A DNA stretch of 64,000 nucleotides. Origin: Abditibacterium sp. (GTDB lineage Bacteria; Armatimonadota; Abditibacteriia; Abditibacteriales; Abditibacteriaceae). The position numbers were made by a program, and so were the translations under genes. The stretch lies in contig OZ251992.1 in the NCBI GenBank assembly GCA_965246885.1, positions 3,392,001 through 3,456,000 on the forward strand, read 5' to 3'. The notes below the pieces were generated by a model. That model was given only the letters and a program-made list of their open reading frames with translations, did no database searches and was not told the origin of the DNA. This document shows positions 36,316-45,640 of the stretch, one piece after another (the first letter of the stretch is position 1; each line of letters starts with the position of its first letter).

Positions 36316-38646
36316 CTACTCCACCTTCTCCAACCCCGCGAACGCCACGATGAGCTTCTTCTTTCCCACGCCGCCCGACAAAAAAGCCACTTCCACCCAC
36401 TCCCCCGCCCCGCCCGCCGCCGCCGCTGCCACCACCAGCCCCTCCCCGTACGATTTATGGCGCACCTTTTCTCCTACACGGAACGTCGGCGCTTTGCTCG
36501 CCGCCTCCCGCGACGCACTCGCCGGTGTCGGCGACGCGAAGATTGGACGCGGCAGGTCTTCCACCCGCCCGCGCGAGCCGCTTCGCCCGCCATTGCCCCA
36601 CGCCGTCGAGCGCGCGTAAAAGCCGCCGTTGCCGGTTTTGGCCAAGCCCTCCTTGTCCATCAGGTGTCCCGGTATCTCGTCCAGAAACTGCGACTGCTGC
36701 GTCGTTTCGGTTCGCCCGTGCATGGTGCGCTGCTGCGCGTAGCTCAAGAATGCCCGCTTCTGGGCGCGCGTCAGGCCGACGTACATCAAGCGCCGCTCCT
36801 CTTCCAACTGGTCGTCGCTCGCGTTTTCGCCAAAGACCGCCCGCGAGTGCGGGAGTAAGCCCTGCTCGACGCCCGCCAGAAACACGACCGGGAACTCCAA
36901 GCCCTTGGCGGCGTGGAGCGTCATAAACGTCACCGCGTCGTCGCCCTGATTGTGGGCGTTGTCCTTGTCGCCCGACCCGTCCAGCACCACATCGCCCAGA
37001 AACATCCCCAAGCGGAGCGGGTCTCCCTCATCGTCCCACGCTTCGCTCGCCTCGCCTTCCTCGTTGACTTCCTCCGCGAGGCGCAAGTCGAAGGCTTCCG
37101 CCGCGCGCACCAGTTCCTCGACGTTGGCGGCGCGGTCTACCGAGTCGGCGTCGCGCTCGCCGCGTAGCCAATCGAGCATCCGCGTGCGCTCCAGTATCTT
37201 GTCGAGCAAGTCGGCGAGCGTCTTTTCGCTCCGCGCGTCGCCCATCAGTTGCCGGAGCAGCCGTTGCAACGGCTCGATTTTGCGCGCGACAACTGGCGTT
37301 AATGCCTTGCCCGTCGTGCCGTTGTCGAGCAACACCGCGCCGACGGAGCGCCCCTGCTCGCGCGCCATGCCGTCCAATTTGTCCACCGTCGCCGCGCCGA
37401 TGCCGCGCGGCGGGACGTTGACCAAACGCTTGAGCGCGCCGTCGTCATCGGGATTGTAAATCCAGCGCAGATACGCGAGCACGTCCCGTATCTCGCGCCG
37501 CTCGTAGAACCTCTGCGTTCCGACCAGCTTAAGCGGCACGCGCGCCCTGAGAAACGCTTCCTCAAAGGGCCGCGACTGCGCGTTGACGCGGCACAATATC
37601 GCAAAGTCCCCAAACTCCAAATGCTCCGAGCGCCGCAGCATCTCCACTTGCCGCACCACCCACGCCGCTTCCTCCTGCGCGTTGAGCGCGCCGTGCAGTG
37701 TCAGTTGCGGCCCGCCCTTTTCTTCCGTCCACAACCGCTTCGGCGCCCGCCCCGCGTTCTGCGAAATCACGCCATAAGCCGCGTCCAAGATGTTCTGCGT
37801 CGAGCGGTAGTTCTGCTCCAAGCGCACCACCGTCGCGTCGGGATACCGCTTCTCGAAGTCCAAAATAATTTTCACATCCGCCCCCCGCCAAGCGTAGATG
37901 CTCTGATCATCATCGCCCACGACGCAGATGTTGCGGTGCTTGCTCGCCAGCATTCGCGCCCATTGGAACTGGGCTTCGTTCACGTCTTGGAACTCGTCTA
38001 TCAGGACGTGCTTGAACCGCTCTGACCAGTGTTCGAGGGTTTCGGGACTCTCTTGAAGCAGGCGCACGGCTTCCATGAGCAGGTCGTCGAAGTCCATTGA
38101 ACCCGTCGCGCGCAACCGCTCTTGATAGCGCGCGTAAAGGTTGGCGTAGACCTTTTCGTGCGGCTTGCCCGCGCGCGCGGCGACCATCGGGGGGGTGAGC
38201 AGGAGGTTCTTGGCGTCTGAAACTTTGCCGAGGGCGACGGAGGGCTTGAAGCGGTCGGTGTCGAGGTTGGCGTCTTTGACGCACTCCTTCATGACGCGCA
38301 GTTGGTCGTCAGAATCGAGGATCGTAAAGCGCGGGTTGAGGCCGATGCGCTCGCCGTGAATCCGCAGCATTTGCGCGCACATTGCGTGGAACGTGCCCAG
38401 CCACATCCGTTTGGCGACGGGGCCGACGAGGTTTTCCAAGCGCTCGCGCATTTCTTTGGCGGCTTTGTTGGTGAACGTGACGGCCAAGATGCGGTGCGGC
38501 GAGGTGCCGCTTTGAATGAGGTAGGCGATGCGGTGCGTGAGGGTGCGCGTCTTGCCGCTTCCGGCGCCCGCGAAGATGAGAAGCGGGCCGTCTTGATGCG
38601 CGACCGCCGCGCGCTGGGGTTCGTTGAGTCCTTCGAGCAAATCCAT
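36316..38646 (-). CDS. pcrA: ATP-dependent DNA helicase PcrA/UvrD
   Basis: AGAGSGKT, DEFQD, VGDDDQSIYAWRGA, LEQNYRS, TLHAAKGLEF, EERRLMYVGLTRA. Confidence 0.96.
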   Translation of the reverse strand: MDLLEGLNEPQRAAVAHQDGPLLIFAGAGSGKTRTLTHRIAYLIQSGTSPHRILAVTFTNKAAKEMRERLENLVGPVAKRMWLGTFHAMCAQMLRIHGERIGLNPRFTILDSDDQLRVMKECVKDANLDTDRFKPSVALGKVSDAKNLLLTPPMVAARAGKPHEKVYANLYARYQERLRATGSMDFDDLLMEAVRLLQESPETLEHWSERFKHVLIDEFQDVNEAQFQWARMLASKHRNICVVGDDDQSIYAWRGADVKIILDFEKRYPDATVVRLEQNYRSTQNILDAAYGVISQNAGRAPKRLWTEEKGGPQLTLHGALNAQEEAAWVVRQVEMLRRSEHLEFGDFAILCRVNAQSRPFEEAFLRARVPLKLVGTQRFYERREIRDVLAYLRWIYNPDDDGALKRLVNVPPRGIGAATVDKLDGMAREQGRSVGAVLLDNGTTGKALTPVVARKIEPLQRLLRQLMGDARSEKTLADLLDKILERTRMLDWLRGERDADSVDRAANVEELVRAAEAFDLRLAEEVNEEGEASEAWDDEGDPLRLGMFLGDVVLDGSGDKDNAHNQGDDAVTFMTLHAAKGLEFPVVFLAGVEQGLLPHSRAVFGENASDDQLEEERRLMYVGLTRAQKRAFLSYAQQRTMHGRTETTQQSQFLDEIPGHLMDKEGLAKTGNGGFYARSTAWGNGGRSGSRGRVEDLPRPIFASPTPASASREAASKAPTFRVGEKVRHKSYGEGLVVAAAAAGGAGEWVEVAFLSGGVGKKKLIVAFAGLEKVE

Positions 38647-38695
38647 TGGGAACAGTTTGGACGCGCGGCCCGGTGGGGCGCCCACACTGTCTCCT

Positions 38696-39763
38696 GTGAA
38701 AATCGCTCTCGACGCCACGCCGCTTTATGGGGAACTGGGCGGGGTCGAGCGCGCGTTGTGGCAAACGCTCCTCGCGCTGCACGAGTTGGACTTGCCGCAC
38801 GAGTTCCACGTCTTCGTGCCGCGCGATGCGCCCGCGTCGCCGCTTGGAAAGGCGAACTGGCAGTGGCGGCGCTTGCCGTTTGCGGGCGCGGACAAGCTGC
38901 GGCGCATCGTGTGGCAGCAAGGGGAGTTGCCGCTTTTGCTTCTGCGCGAGGGGTTCGATTGGCTCCATGCTTCCAATTACGTGATGCCGTTGCTGAGTCC
39001 CGTCAAGACGCTCGTGAGCGTGCCGGACTTAATCGCGCTCGACTTCCCGCGCTTTGCGACGCAGGCGAATCGTCTCCATTATCGCGCGGTTTTGCCCGCG
39101 ACATTACGGCGCGCGACAGTCGTTTTGGCGCCGACGCCGCGCGGACGGGCGGCCATTTTGCGCCGCGCGCCGGAAGCGCGGGTCGTCGTGGCGCCGATGG
39201 GCGTCGAGCCGGAGTTTCGGGTGCCCGTGCCTGAAGCCGAGCGCGCGACTGTGCGCCTGAAATACGACTTGCCGCCGCGCTTTCTGCTCTTCGCCGGAAA
39301 TCTGGAGCCGAAGAAGAACCTGCCGCGCTTGCTGCGGGCGCTGGAACTGCTGGGCGACGCGGCGCCGCCGCTCGCCTTGGTGGGCGGGCTAAAGCCTTGG
39401 CCAAACTTGGTGGAGTTGAAACAACGCGCGCGGTTTCTGGGCTTCGTTTCGCGCGCGGAGTTGCGGGTTTTGATGGGCACTTGCGCGGCGTTTTGCTTCC
39501 CGTCACTGGCTGAAGGGTTCGGCTTGCCCGTTGTGGAAGCGCTCGCGGCGGGCGCGCGGGTGGTGGCATCAAGCGCCGTCCCGATTCCCGGCTTGGAGCA
39601 AGTCGCACCCATGCCCGATCCGCGCTCGGTCGCGGCGATTGCCGATGCCATCCGAGCGGCATTGGCAACGCCCCCATCGGACGCGGGCCGCGACTGGTCG
39701 CGGCAGTTTACATGGGCGGAAACGGCGCGTATCATAGCGCAAACTTACGAGGCACCGCCATGA
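38696..39763 (+). CDS. glycosyltransferase family 4
   Basis: GNLEPKKN, FPSLAEGFGLPVVEA. Confidence 0.9.
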   Translation: MKIALDATPLYGELGGVERALWQTLLALHELDLPHEFHVFVPRDAPASPLGKANWQWRRLPFAGADKLRRIVWQQGELPLLLLREGFDWLHASNYVMPLLSPVKTLVSVPDLIALDFPRFATQANRLHYRAVLPATLRRATVVLAPTPRGRAAILRRAPEARVVVAPMGVEPEFRVPVPEAERATVRLKYDLPPRFLLFAGNLEPKKNLPRLLRALELLGDAAPPLALVGGLKPWPNLVELKQRARFLGFVSRAELRVLMGTCAAFCFPSLAEGFGLPVVEALAAGARVVASSAVPIPGLEQVAPMPDPRSVAAIADAIRAALATPPSDAGRDWSRQFTWAETARIIAQTYEAPP

Positions 39764-40785
39764 GAATCGCCTTCCTGCTCGACACCTTCCCGTCCCCGAC
39801 CGAGACCTTCATCGCCCGCGAAATCGAGGCGCTGCGGCGGCGCGGCTTCGTCATCGAAGTCTTCGCTTTCAACGTGGGCAATGGTGGCGAAGCGGCGCCC
39901 ATCCCGCAGTCCATCGCGCACAAGCTCTCGCCGCGCCGGTGGGAACTGGTCGGGCGCGCGCTCGACCTGCGCGGTTTCGCGCACGTTCACGCGGGTTGGG
40001 CGAACCATCTGGCCGAAGTCGCGCGCGCGGCGGCGGCGCGCGCGGGCATCCCTTGGAGTTTTTCGGCGCACGCGCGCGACCTCTGGGTCGAGGGCGGCGA
40101 TTTACGCGCGAAGCTATCGAGCGCCAAATTCGCCACCAGTTGCACGCTCGCGGGCGCCGAGGAGTTAAGGCGCTTCGGCGGCAACGTCGTCTACGCCCCG
40201 CACGGCTTGGAGTTGGCGCGCTACGAGTTCCACGAGCCGGACTTGGAGGGCAAGCACAGGTTAGTCGGCGTCGGGCGCTTGGTCGAAAAGAAGGGCTGGG
40301 ACGACGCCGCGCTCGCGGCCTACTACACACGCGCGCGGCTCACCATCATCGGCGACGGGCCGGGGCGCGTGGCCCTCCAAAGGTTGCCCGATTACTTTCA
40401 ATGCACGGTAATTCCGGCCATGCCGCACGGCGAACTCATCGGCAAGCTACGCGAGTTCAACTGCCTCATTCTGCCCTCCCAACGCACGCCCGACGGCGAC
40501 CGTGACGGCCTCGCTAACGTCCTCCTCGAAGCCGCCGCGCTGGGCTTGCCGCTCATCACGACGGACGCCGGAAGCGCGAGCGATTTCGTGGACGAGGACA
40601 CGGGCCTCCTTGTCGGAGCCTCCGATTATCAGGCGCTCGAAGCCGCCATCTCCCGCGTGTTCGCTGACCCCGCCGCGACGCTCGAACGCTGCCGCAACGC
40701 GCGCAAGCGCGTCGAAAGGCGCTTCGACGTGGACAAAAACTGCGCGGTGTTGGCGGGGCTGTTCGAGGGGCTGTTCGCGGATTAG
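39760..40785 (+). CDS. glycosyltransferase family 4
   Basis: FPSPTETFI, VGRLVEKKG, DRDGLANVLLEA. Confidence 0.9.
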   Translation: MRIAFLLDTFPSPTETFIAREIEALRRRGFVIEVFAFNVGNGGEAAPIPQSIAHKLSPRRWELVGRALDLRGFAHVHAGWANHLAEVARAAAARAGIPWSFSAHARDLWVEGGDLRAKLSSAKFATSCTLAGAEELRRFGGNVVYAPHGLELARYEFHEPDLEGKHRLVGVGRLVEKKGWDDAALAAYYTRARLTIIGDGPGRVALQRLPDYFQCTVIPAMPHGELIGKLREFNCLILPSQRTPDGDRDGLANVLLEAAALGLPLITTDAGSASDFVDEDTGLLVGASDYQALEAAISRVFADPAATLERCRNARKRVERRFDVDKNCAVLAGLFEGLFAD

Positions 40786-41594
40786 CGCCCTTCCGGGTGG
40801 CGCACGCCGCGCGTGTGCTCGAAGACGTAATTCACCACGTCCTCCGGGTCGTCGCTCAGGTGGATCAGGTTAATATCTGACGCGAGTATCGTCCCGTTGG
40901 CCACGAGTGTTTCGCGCATCCAGTCAATGAGGCCGCGCCAATAGTCGCCGCCATACACCACGACGGGGAAGTCCTGAATTTTGTGCGTCTGCACCAGCGT
41001 CAGCGCCTCGAAGAACTCGTCCAATGTCCCGAAGCCGCCCGGAAAGATGATGAACGCGCTCGCGTATTTGACGAAGTTGACCTTGCGGCAAAAGAAGTAG
41101 CGGAAGTTGATGCCGACATCGCAATAGGGGTTCATGCCCTGCTCCAACGGCAGTTCGATGCCCAAACCGATGGACATTTTCTCGCTCTTGTCGCGCGCGT
41201 CGCGCGCGCCCCGGTTGGCGGCTTCCATGATGCCCGGCCCGCCGCCGGTGATGATGGCCCACCCGCCGCGCGCCAACCGCCGCGCCACCTCGCGCGCCGC
41301 GATGTAGTAGGGCGAGGTTTCGGGCAACCGCGCCGATCCGAAGATGGCGATGCTCGGCCCGACGCGGCTCATCTGCTCGAACGAATGGACGAACTCCGAT
41401 TGGATGCGCAATATCCGCCATGTGTCGGACTCGGTAAAATGCTCTTGCAGCGCGGGCGGGCGTCCGGGGTTGAGCAGGGCAAAGTCGTCGGTCTGCTTGG
41501 CCGCTTCTTTGAACTGCGACTTGGGCGCTTCGGCGGCGGAGTTGGGCATCGCTTGCAGTTCCGCGCCGGATTCGGGGTTTGAGTTGGTGGGCAT
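40782..41594 (-). CDS. LOG-family phosphoribohydrolase (TIGR00730-like)
   Basis: FGSAR, TGGGPGIMEA, FPGGFGTLDE. Confidence 0.92.
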   Translation of the reverse strand: MPTNSNPESGAELQAMPNSAAEAPKSQFKEAAKQTDDFALLNPGRPPALQEHFTESDTWRILRIQSEFVHSFEQMSRVGPSIAIFGSARLPETSPYYIAAREVARRLARGGWAIITGGGPGIMEAANRGARDARDKSEKMSIGLGIELPLEQGMNPYCDVGINFRYFFCRKVNFVKYASAFIIFPGGFGTLDEFFEALTLVQTHKIQDFPVVVYGGDYWRGLIDWMRETLVANGTILASDINLIHLSDDPEDVVNYVFEHTRGVRHPEGR

Positions 41595-41643
41595 GAGGGA
41601 GAGAGTTTGGCGGGCGTTGATGGAGTAGGTCTAACAAGCAACT

Positions 41644-41807
41644 CCCGACACGCCCTAAAGGACGTGGCAAGAAGCCGTTGGCTGGTCGTGCTGCTCACGA
41701 ATGGCGACTCCAACAACCCTGCGCGGACGCGGCGAAGTGACGGCAAGAACTCGTGCGCAGCACGACCAGCCAACGGCTTCTTGCCACGTCCTTTAGGGCG
41801 TGTCGGG
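41644..41807. mobile_element. non-coding element with perfect 51-bp terminal inverted repeats (REPIN/PATE/MITE-like)
   Basis: 41644-41694 is the exact reverse complement of 41757-41807; each arm carries a cacgtcc-ttta-gggcgtg hairpin. Confidence 0.7.
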
Positions 41808-41816
41808 GCTAAATCT

Positions 41817-44540
41817 TTATTCCTTCAACGCTAACTTCCGCAGTTCCCCCAACTTCACAAGCGCTTCCAAGGGCGTGAGATTATCCACATCCAAGGCGCG
41901 GATGGCTTCGACGATGGGGTTGGGGGGAGCGGGCAGGGCGGTTGGGGCGTCGGTGAACAAGTCACCGACGCTTGACATAGCAGCAACCGGCACGCTCTCG
42001 ACGTGCTGTCCACGCAAGCGCTCTTGGGAGAAGGCTTCCAGTAGCTCGCGGGCGCGGGCGATGACGGGAGCGGGCAAACCGGCCAAGCGCGCGACTTGAA
42101 TCCCGAAGCTCCGGTCGGTGCCGCCCCGGATAATGCGGCGCAGGAAGATGATATGGTCGCCGTCCTCCTTCACGGCGATGCGGTAGTTCTTGACGCGCGG
42201 CAAGCGCTCCTCCAATTCGTTGAGGTGGTGGTAGTGAGTGGCGAAGAGCGTCTTGGGGCCGAGTTCGTGCAAGTACTCCGCGACCGCCCACGCAATCGAA
42301 AGTCCGTCGTAGGTCGAAGTGCCGCGTCCGACCTCATCGAGAATGACCAAGGAGCGCGGCGTCGCGTTGTTGAGGATGTTCGCGGTTTCGTTCATCTCGA
42401 CGGTAAAGGTGGACTGCCCCGTCGCCAAGTCGTCTTGCGCGCCGACGCGGGTGAAGATGCGGTCAACAAGTCCGATTCGGGCGCTTCGAGCGGGCACGTA
42501 GCTGCCGATTTGCGCCATCAAGACAATCAGCGCGACTTGGCGCAAAAAGGTGGATTTGCCGCTCGCGTTGGGGCCGGTGATGATGATCTCCTGCTGTGTG
42601 CTGGTGTCCAGAACGCAGTCGTTTGGCACGAACGGCTCGTTGAGAGCGGCTTCGACAATGGGGTGGCGGCCAGAGCGGATGTCAATGACCGGCTCCTCAA
42701 CGACTTCGGGCCGCACGTAATCGCGGCGACTCGCCACTTCCGCGAGCGAGGCGAACACGTCCAAATGGGCTAAGGCCCGCGCAGTGTCCATTAGTGGGCC
42801 GCTACCCGCCGCGACTTGGTTGCGAACGCGCTCGAACAGCCGCTTTTCTAAGTCGCGCGCTTTGTCCTGCGCGCCCAAGATGAGTTCCTCTTTTTCCTTG
42901 AGTTCGGGAGTGACGTAGCGCTCGCCGTTGGCGGTGGTTTGCTTGCGGGTGTAGTCGTCGGGGACTTTGCCGAGGTTGGTTTTCGTGACCTCGATGTAGT
43001 AGCCGAAGACATTGTTGAAAGCGACCTTGAGCGAAGGGATGCCCGTCCGCGCGCGCTCGGCTTCTTGGAGCGCGATAATCCATCCTTGCCCTTCCCTCGT
43101 GGCGGCGCGCAGTTCATCCAAGGCGGCGTCGAACCCCTCGCGGATGAGGCCGCCGTCAGTCAAGATGGCGGGCGGGTCGTCGGCGAGCGAATCGGCCAAC
43201 AAACTGAGCAAATCCGGCGTGGGATTGAGGTGCCGCTTGACGTTGTCGAGCGAAGCGGAACCGGCGTCTCCCAAGGCCAAGCCGATAGCGGGCAAGGTCT
43301 GGAGAGCGTTGCGCAGCGCCACCAAGTCGCGGGCGTTGCCGGTTCCCGAAACGGCGCGCGACACCAAACGCTCGATGTCGCCGACTTGCTTGAGCAGGTC
43401 GCGGCAGTCGCGGCGCAAGAGGATGTTGTCACGCAGTTCGCCAACCGCTTCTTGGCGGCGCTCGATGCGCTCGCGGGATAAAAGCGGCTGGAGAATCCAT
43501 TTGCGCAAGAGGCGCGAACCCGCGCCGGTGCGCGTTTCGTCGAGCAAGGCCAGCAGGGTGCCTTTACCCGACCCGTCGCGGATGGACTGCGCCAACTCCA
43601 AATTGCGCCGCGTGGCTTGGTCAAGCAGCATCGCCGAATCGGTGGCGAGCAAGGTGATGCGGCGCAGATGGGCCAAAGCGCCGAGTTGCGAATCGCGCAG
43701 GTAATCAAGCGCGAGCGACGCCGCGCCCTGCGCGCCGGGGAACTCTTCGAGTCCAAAGCCGCGCAAGGAAGCGGTCTTGAAGTGCGCCAAAAGTTTGTCG
43801 CGCGGTTCGTCAAAGCCCGATGGGTCGAAGGCGGTGACATGCAAGCGCGCCTCATGGAGCATGGACAGGAACCCGGCGCACTCGCGCAAGCGTTGCGGGA
43901 CGAGGATTTCCGAGGGCGCGAAGCGCAAAAGCTCTTCGCGCAGTTTGGCGAAGCGGGCATTGGACTCGGCGTTTTCGGGCGTGACATCGTCGCCTTCGGC
44001 GTTTGGCTCAACTTCGCACGGATTGACGCGCGCATCGCCGACAGCTTCGACTTCGCCCGCCAGAAATTCGCCGGTCGAAACGTCCACGAGGGCCAAGCCA
44101 AAGCGGGTGAGCTTCGCGTCGCAATGGAGCGCCGCGAGGAAGTTGTTGCCGGTTCCGGCGCCCATGCCCGACAAGAAGGCGTCTTCCAAAACGGTGCCGG
44201 GACTCAGCACGCGCACCACTTCGCGCTTGACAAGTCCCCGCGCGTATTTGGGGTCTTCCATCTGCTCGCACACGGCGACACGGTAGCCGCGACTAAGTAA
44301 GAGGGCGATGTGGCGCTCGATGGAATGATACGGCACGCCGCACATGGGGAGCGGGTTGTCGGTGTCTTTGTGGCGCGCGGTGAGCGTCAATTCGCACTCG
44401 CGCGCCACGATCTTGGCGTCCTCGCCAAAGAGTTCGTAGAAATCGCCCATGCGAAAGAGGAGGAGCGTGTCGGGGTGCCCCGCTTTGGCGCGCTCCCATT
44501 GGCGCATGAAGGGGGTGGATTTGGCGGGCGTGGGGGTCAT
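41817..44540 (-). CDS. mutS: DNA mismatch repair protein MutS
   Basis: FRMGDFYELF, TGPNASGKST, STFTVEM, DEVGRGTST, FATHYH. Confidence 0.98.
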   Translation of the reverse strand: MTPTPAKSTPFMRQWERAKAGHPDTLLLFRMGDFYELFGEDAKIVARECELTLTARHKDTDNPLPMCGVPYHSIERHIALLLSRGYRVAVCEQMEDPKYARGLVKREVVRVLSPGTVLEDAFLSGMGAGTGNNFLAALHCDAKLTRFGLALVDVSTGEFLAGEVEAVGDARVNPCEVEPNAEGDDVTPENAESNARFAKLREELLRFAPSEILVPQRLRECAGFLSMLHEARLHVTAFDPSGFDEPRDKLLAHFKTASLRGFGLEEFPGAQGAASLALDYLRDSQLGALAHLRRITLLATDSAMLLDQATRRNLELAQSIRDGSGKGTLLALLDETRTGAGSRLLRKWILQPLLSRERIERRQEAVGELRDNILLRRDCRDLLKQVGDIERLVSRAVSGTGNARDLVALRNALQTLPAIGLALGDAGSASLDNVKRHLNPTPDLLSLLADSLADDPPAILTDGGLIREGFDAALDELRAATREGQGWIIALQEAERARTGIPSLKVAFNNVFGYYIEVTKTNLGKVPDDYTRKQTTANGERYVTPELKEKEELILGAQDKARDLEKRLFERVRNQVAAGSGPLMDTARALAHLDVFASLAEVASRRDYVRPEVVEEPVIDIRSGRHPIVEAALNEPFVPNDCVLDTSTQQEIIITGPNASGKSTFLRQVALIVLMAQIGSYVPARSARIGLVDRIFTRVGAQDDLATGQSTFTVEMNETANILNNATPRSLVILDEVGRGTSTYDGLSIAWAVAEYLHELGPKTLFATHYHHLNELEERLPRVKNYRIAVKEDGDHIIFLRRIIRGGTDRSFGIQVARLAGLPAPVIARARELLEAFSQERLRGQHVESVPVAAMSSVGDLFTDAPTALPAPPNPIVEAIRALDVDNLTPLEALVKLGELRKLALKE

Positions 44541-44605
44541 GGAGCGGTTTCAGCCTGTCGAATGAATTGGGAGGGAGTTTAGCCGAGGAGAGACGCCCGT
44601 CTTCC

Positions 44606-44752
44606 GGCGACACAGCCGCGCCGAGCAGTCACGTGCCCGCGCCACCGATTCCCACAGCCGCACCGATGAGTGACAGACATGTGGGAATCACTGACAGAGG
44701 TGTGTCGGCGACTGGCGCCCGTGTGTCGTCGCGTGGTGCACTTCTGTCTTTG
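44606..44752. repeat. 21-bp-period degenerate palindromic array, 7 units
   Basis: ggcgacacagccgcgccgagc / agtcacgtgcccgcgccaccg / attcccacagccgcaccgatg / agtgacagacatgtgggaatc / actgacagaggtgtgtcggcg / actggcgcccgtgtgtcgtcg / cgtggtgcacttctgtctttg. Confidence 0.75.
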
Positions 44753-44812
44753 GCTCCGGGACGGCCCTTGGGGGACGGATGGGCGGCGCGAGCGTTCACA
44801 CTTGCGGGCGCG

Positions 44813-45598
44813 ATGATTCCGCTCAAGGCGCTGCCCGACTCGCCCCGGCCCCCGATGGCAACGCGCACCTTGGCGGCGTCGGTGGCGCTTATGTGGGCGT
44901 TGCAGTTGGGAGCGCGCATGATAACGGGCCGCGACTGGGCGACGTCGTGGGGCGTGCGACCGGCGTGCTATTTTTCGCCCGCCAGTTGTGGCATCGGGCC
45001 GGTGTCGCTCCCGTCGGCGCACTTGGTTTCATGGCAAGGTTGGGCGCACTCGGCGGCGGGTCATTTGGCATTGTCTCCGCTCGTGGCGCTTTGGCTGCAT
45101 GCCGATTGGTGGCACGTCGGGTTTAACCTGCTGTTCTTGTGGGTGTTTGGCAGCGCCCTCGAAGCGGAAGTGGGCGCGTGGCGGGTGCTGCGCTTATTTT
45201 TGGCGGGTGGGCTGGTGGCGACGGCGTGCCATGTGGCGTTTCACCCGGCTTCAACCGTGCCCACCATTGGCGCGTCGGGCGCGGTCGCGGCGCTGATGGG
45301 CGCGTATTTCTGGCGGTTGCCGCGCGCGTGGGTGTTGACGTACTTCCCGCCCATTTTCGTGTTGCCGGTTCCCTCTCCGTTGTTTGGCGTTTTGTGGCTG
45401 GCGGCGCAGTTCATCGGGGCGACGGGCGCCTTTCATGGTTGGTTGTCGGCGGTGGCGCCCGCGCGGGATGTCGCGTGGACGGCGCATCTGGGCGGCTTCG
45501 CGTGGGGGGCGTTGGCGGCGTGGCGTATGGGAAAGAGGCGGGGGCCAAGAGCCGGGAAACGCCCCCTCTCCAAGGCGGCCCGGAATATGGGAAAATGA
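44813..45598 (+). CDS. rhomboid family intramembrane serine protease
   Basis: LHADWWHVGFNLLFLWVFG, GASGAV, AHLGG. Confidence 0.9.
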   Translation: MIPLKALPDSPRPPMATRTLAASVALMWALQLGARMITGRDWATSWGVRPACYFSPASCGIGPVSLPSAHLVSWQGWAHSAAGHLALSPLVALWLHADWWHVGFNLLFLWVFGSALEAEVGAWRVLRLFLAGGLVATACHVAFHPASTVPTIGASGAVAALMGAYFWRLPRAWVLTYFPPIFVLPVPSPLFGVLWLAAQFIGATGAFHGWLSAVAPARDVAWTAHLGGFAWGALAAWRMGKRRGPRAGKRPLSKAARNMGK

Positions 45599-45640
45599 AG
45601 TGCGTGCGCGCGTGCGATTCGAGGCGGGCGCACACCCCTT

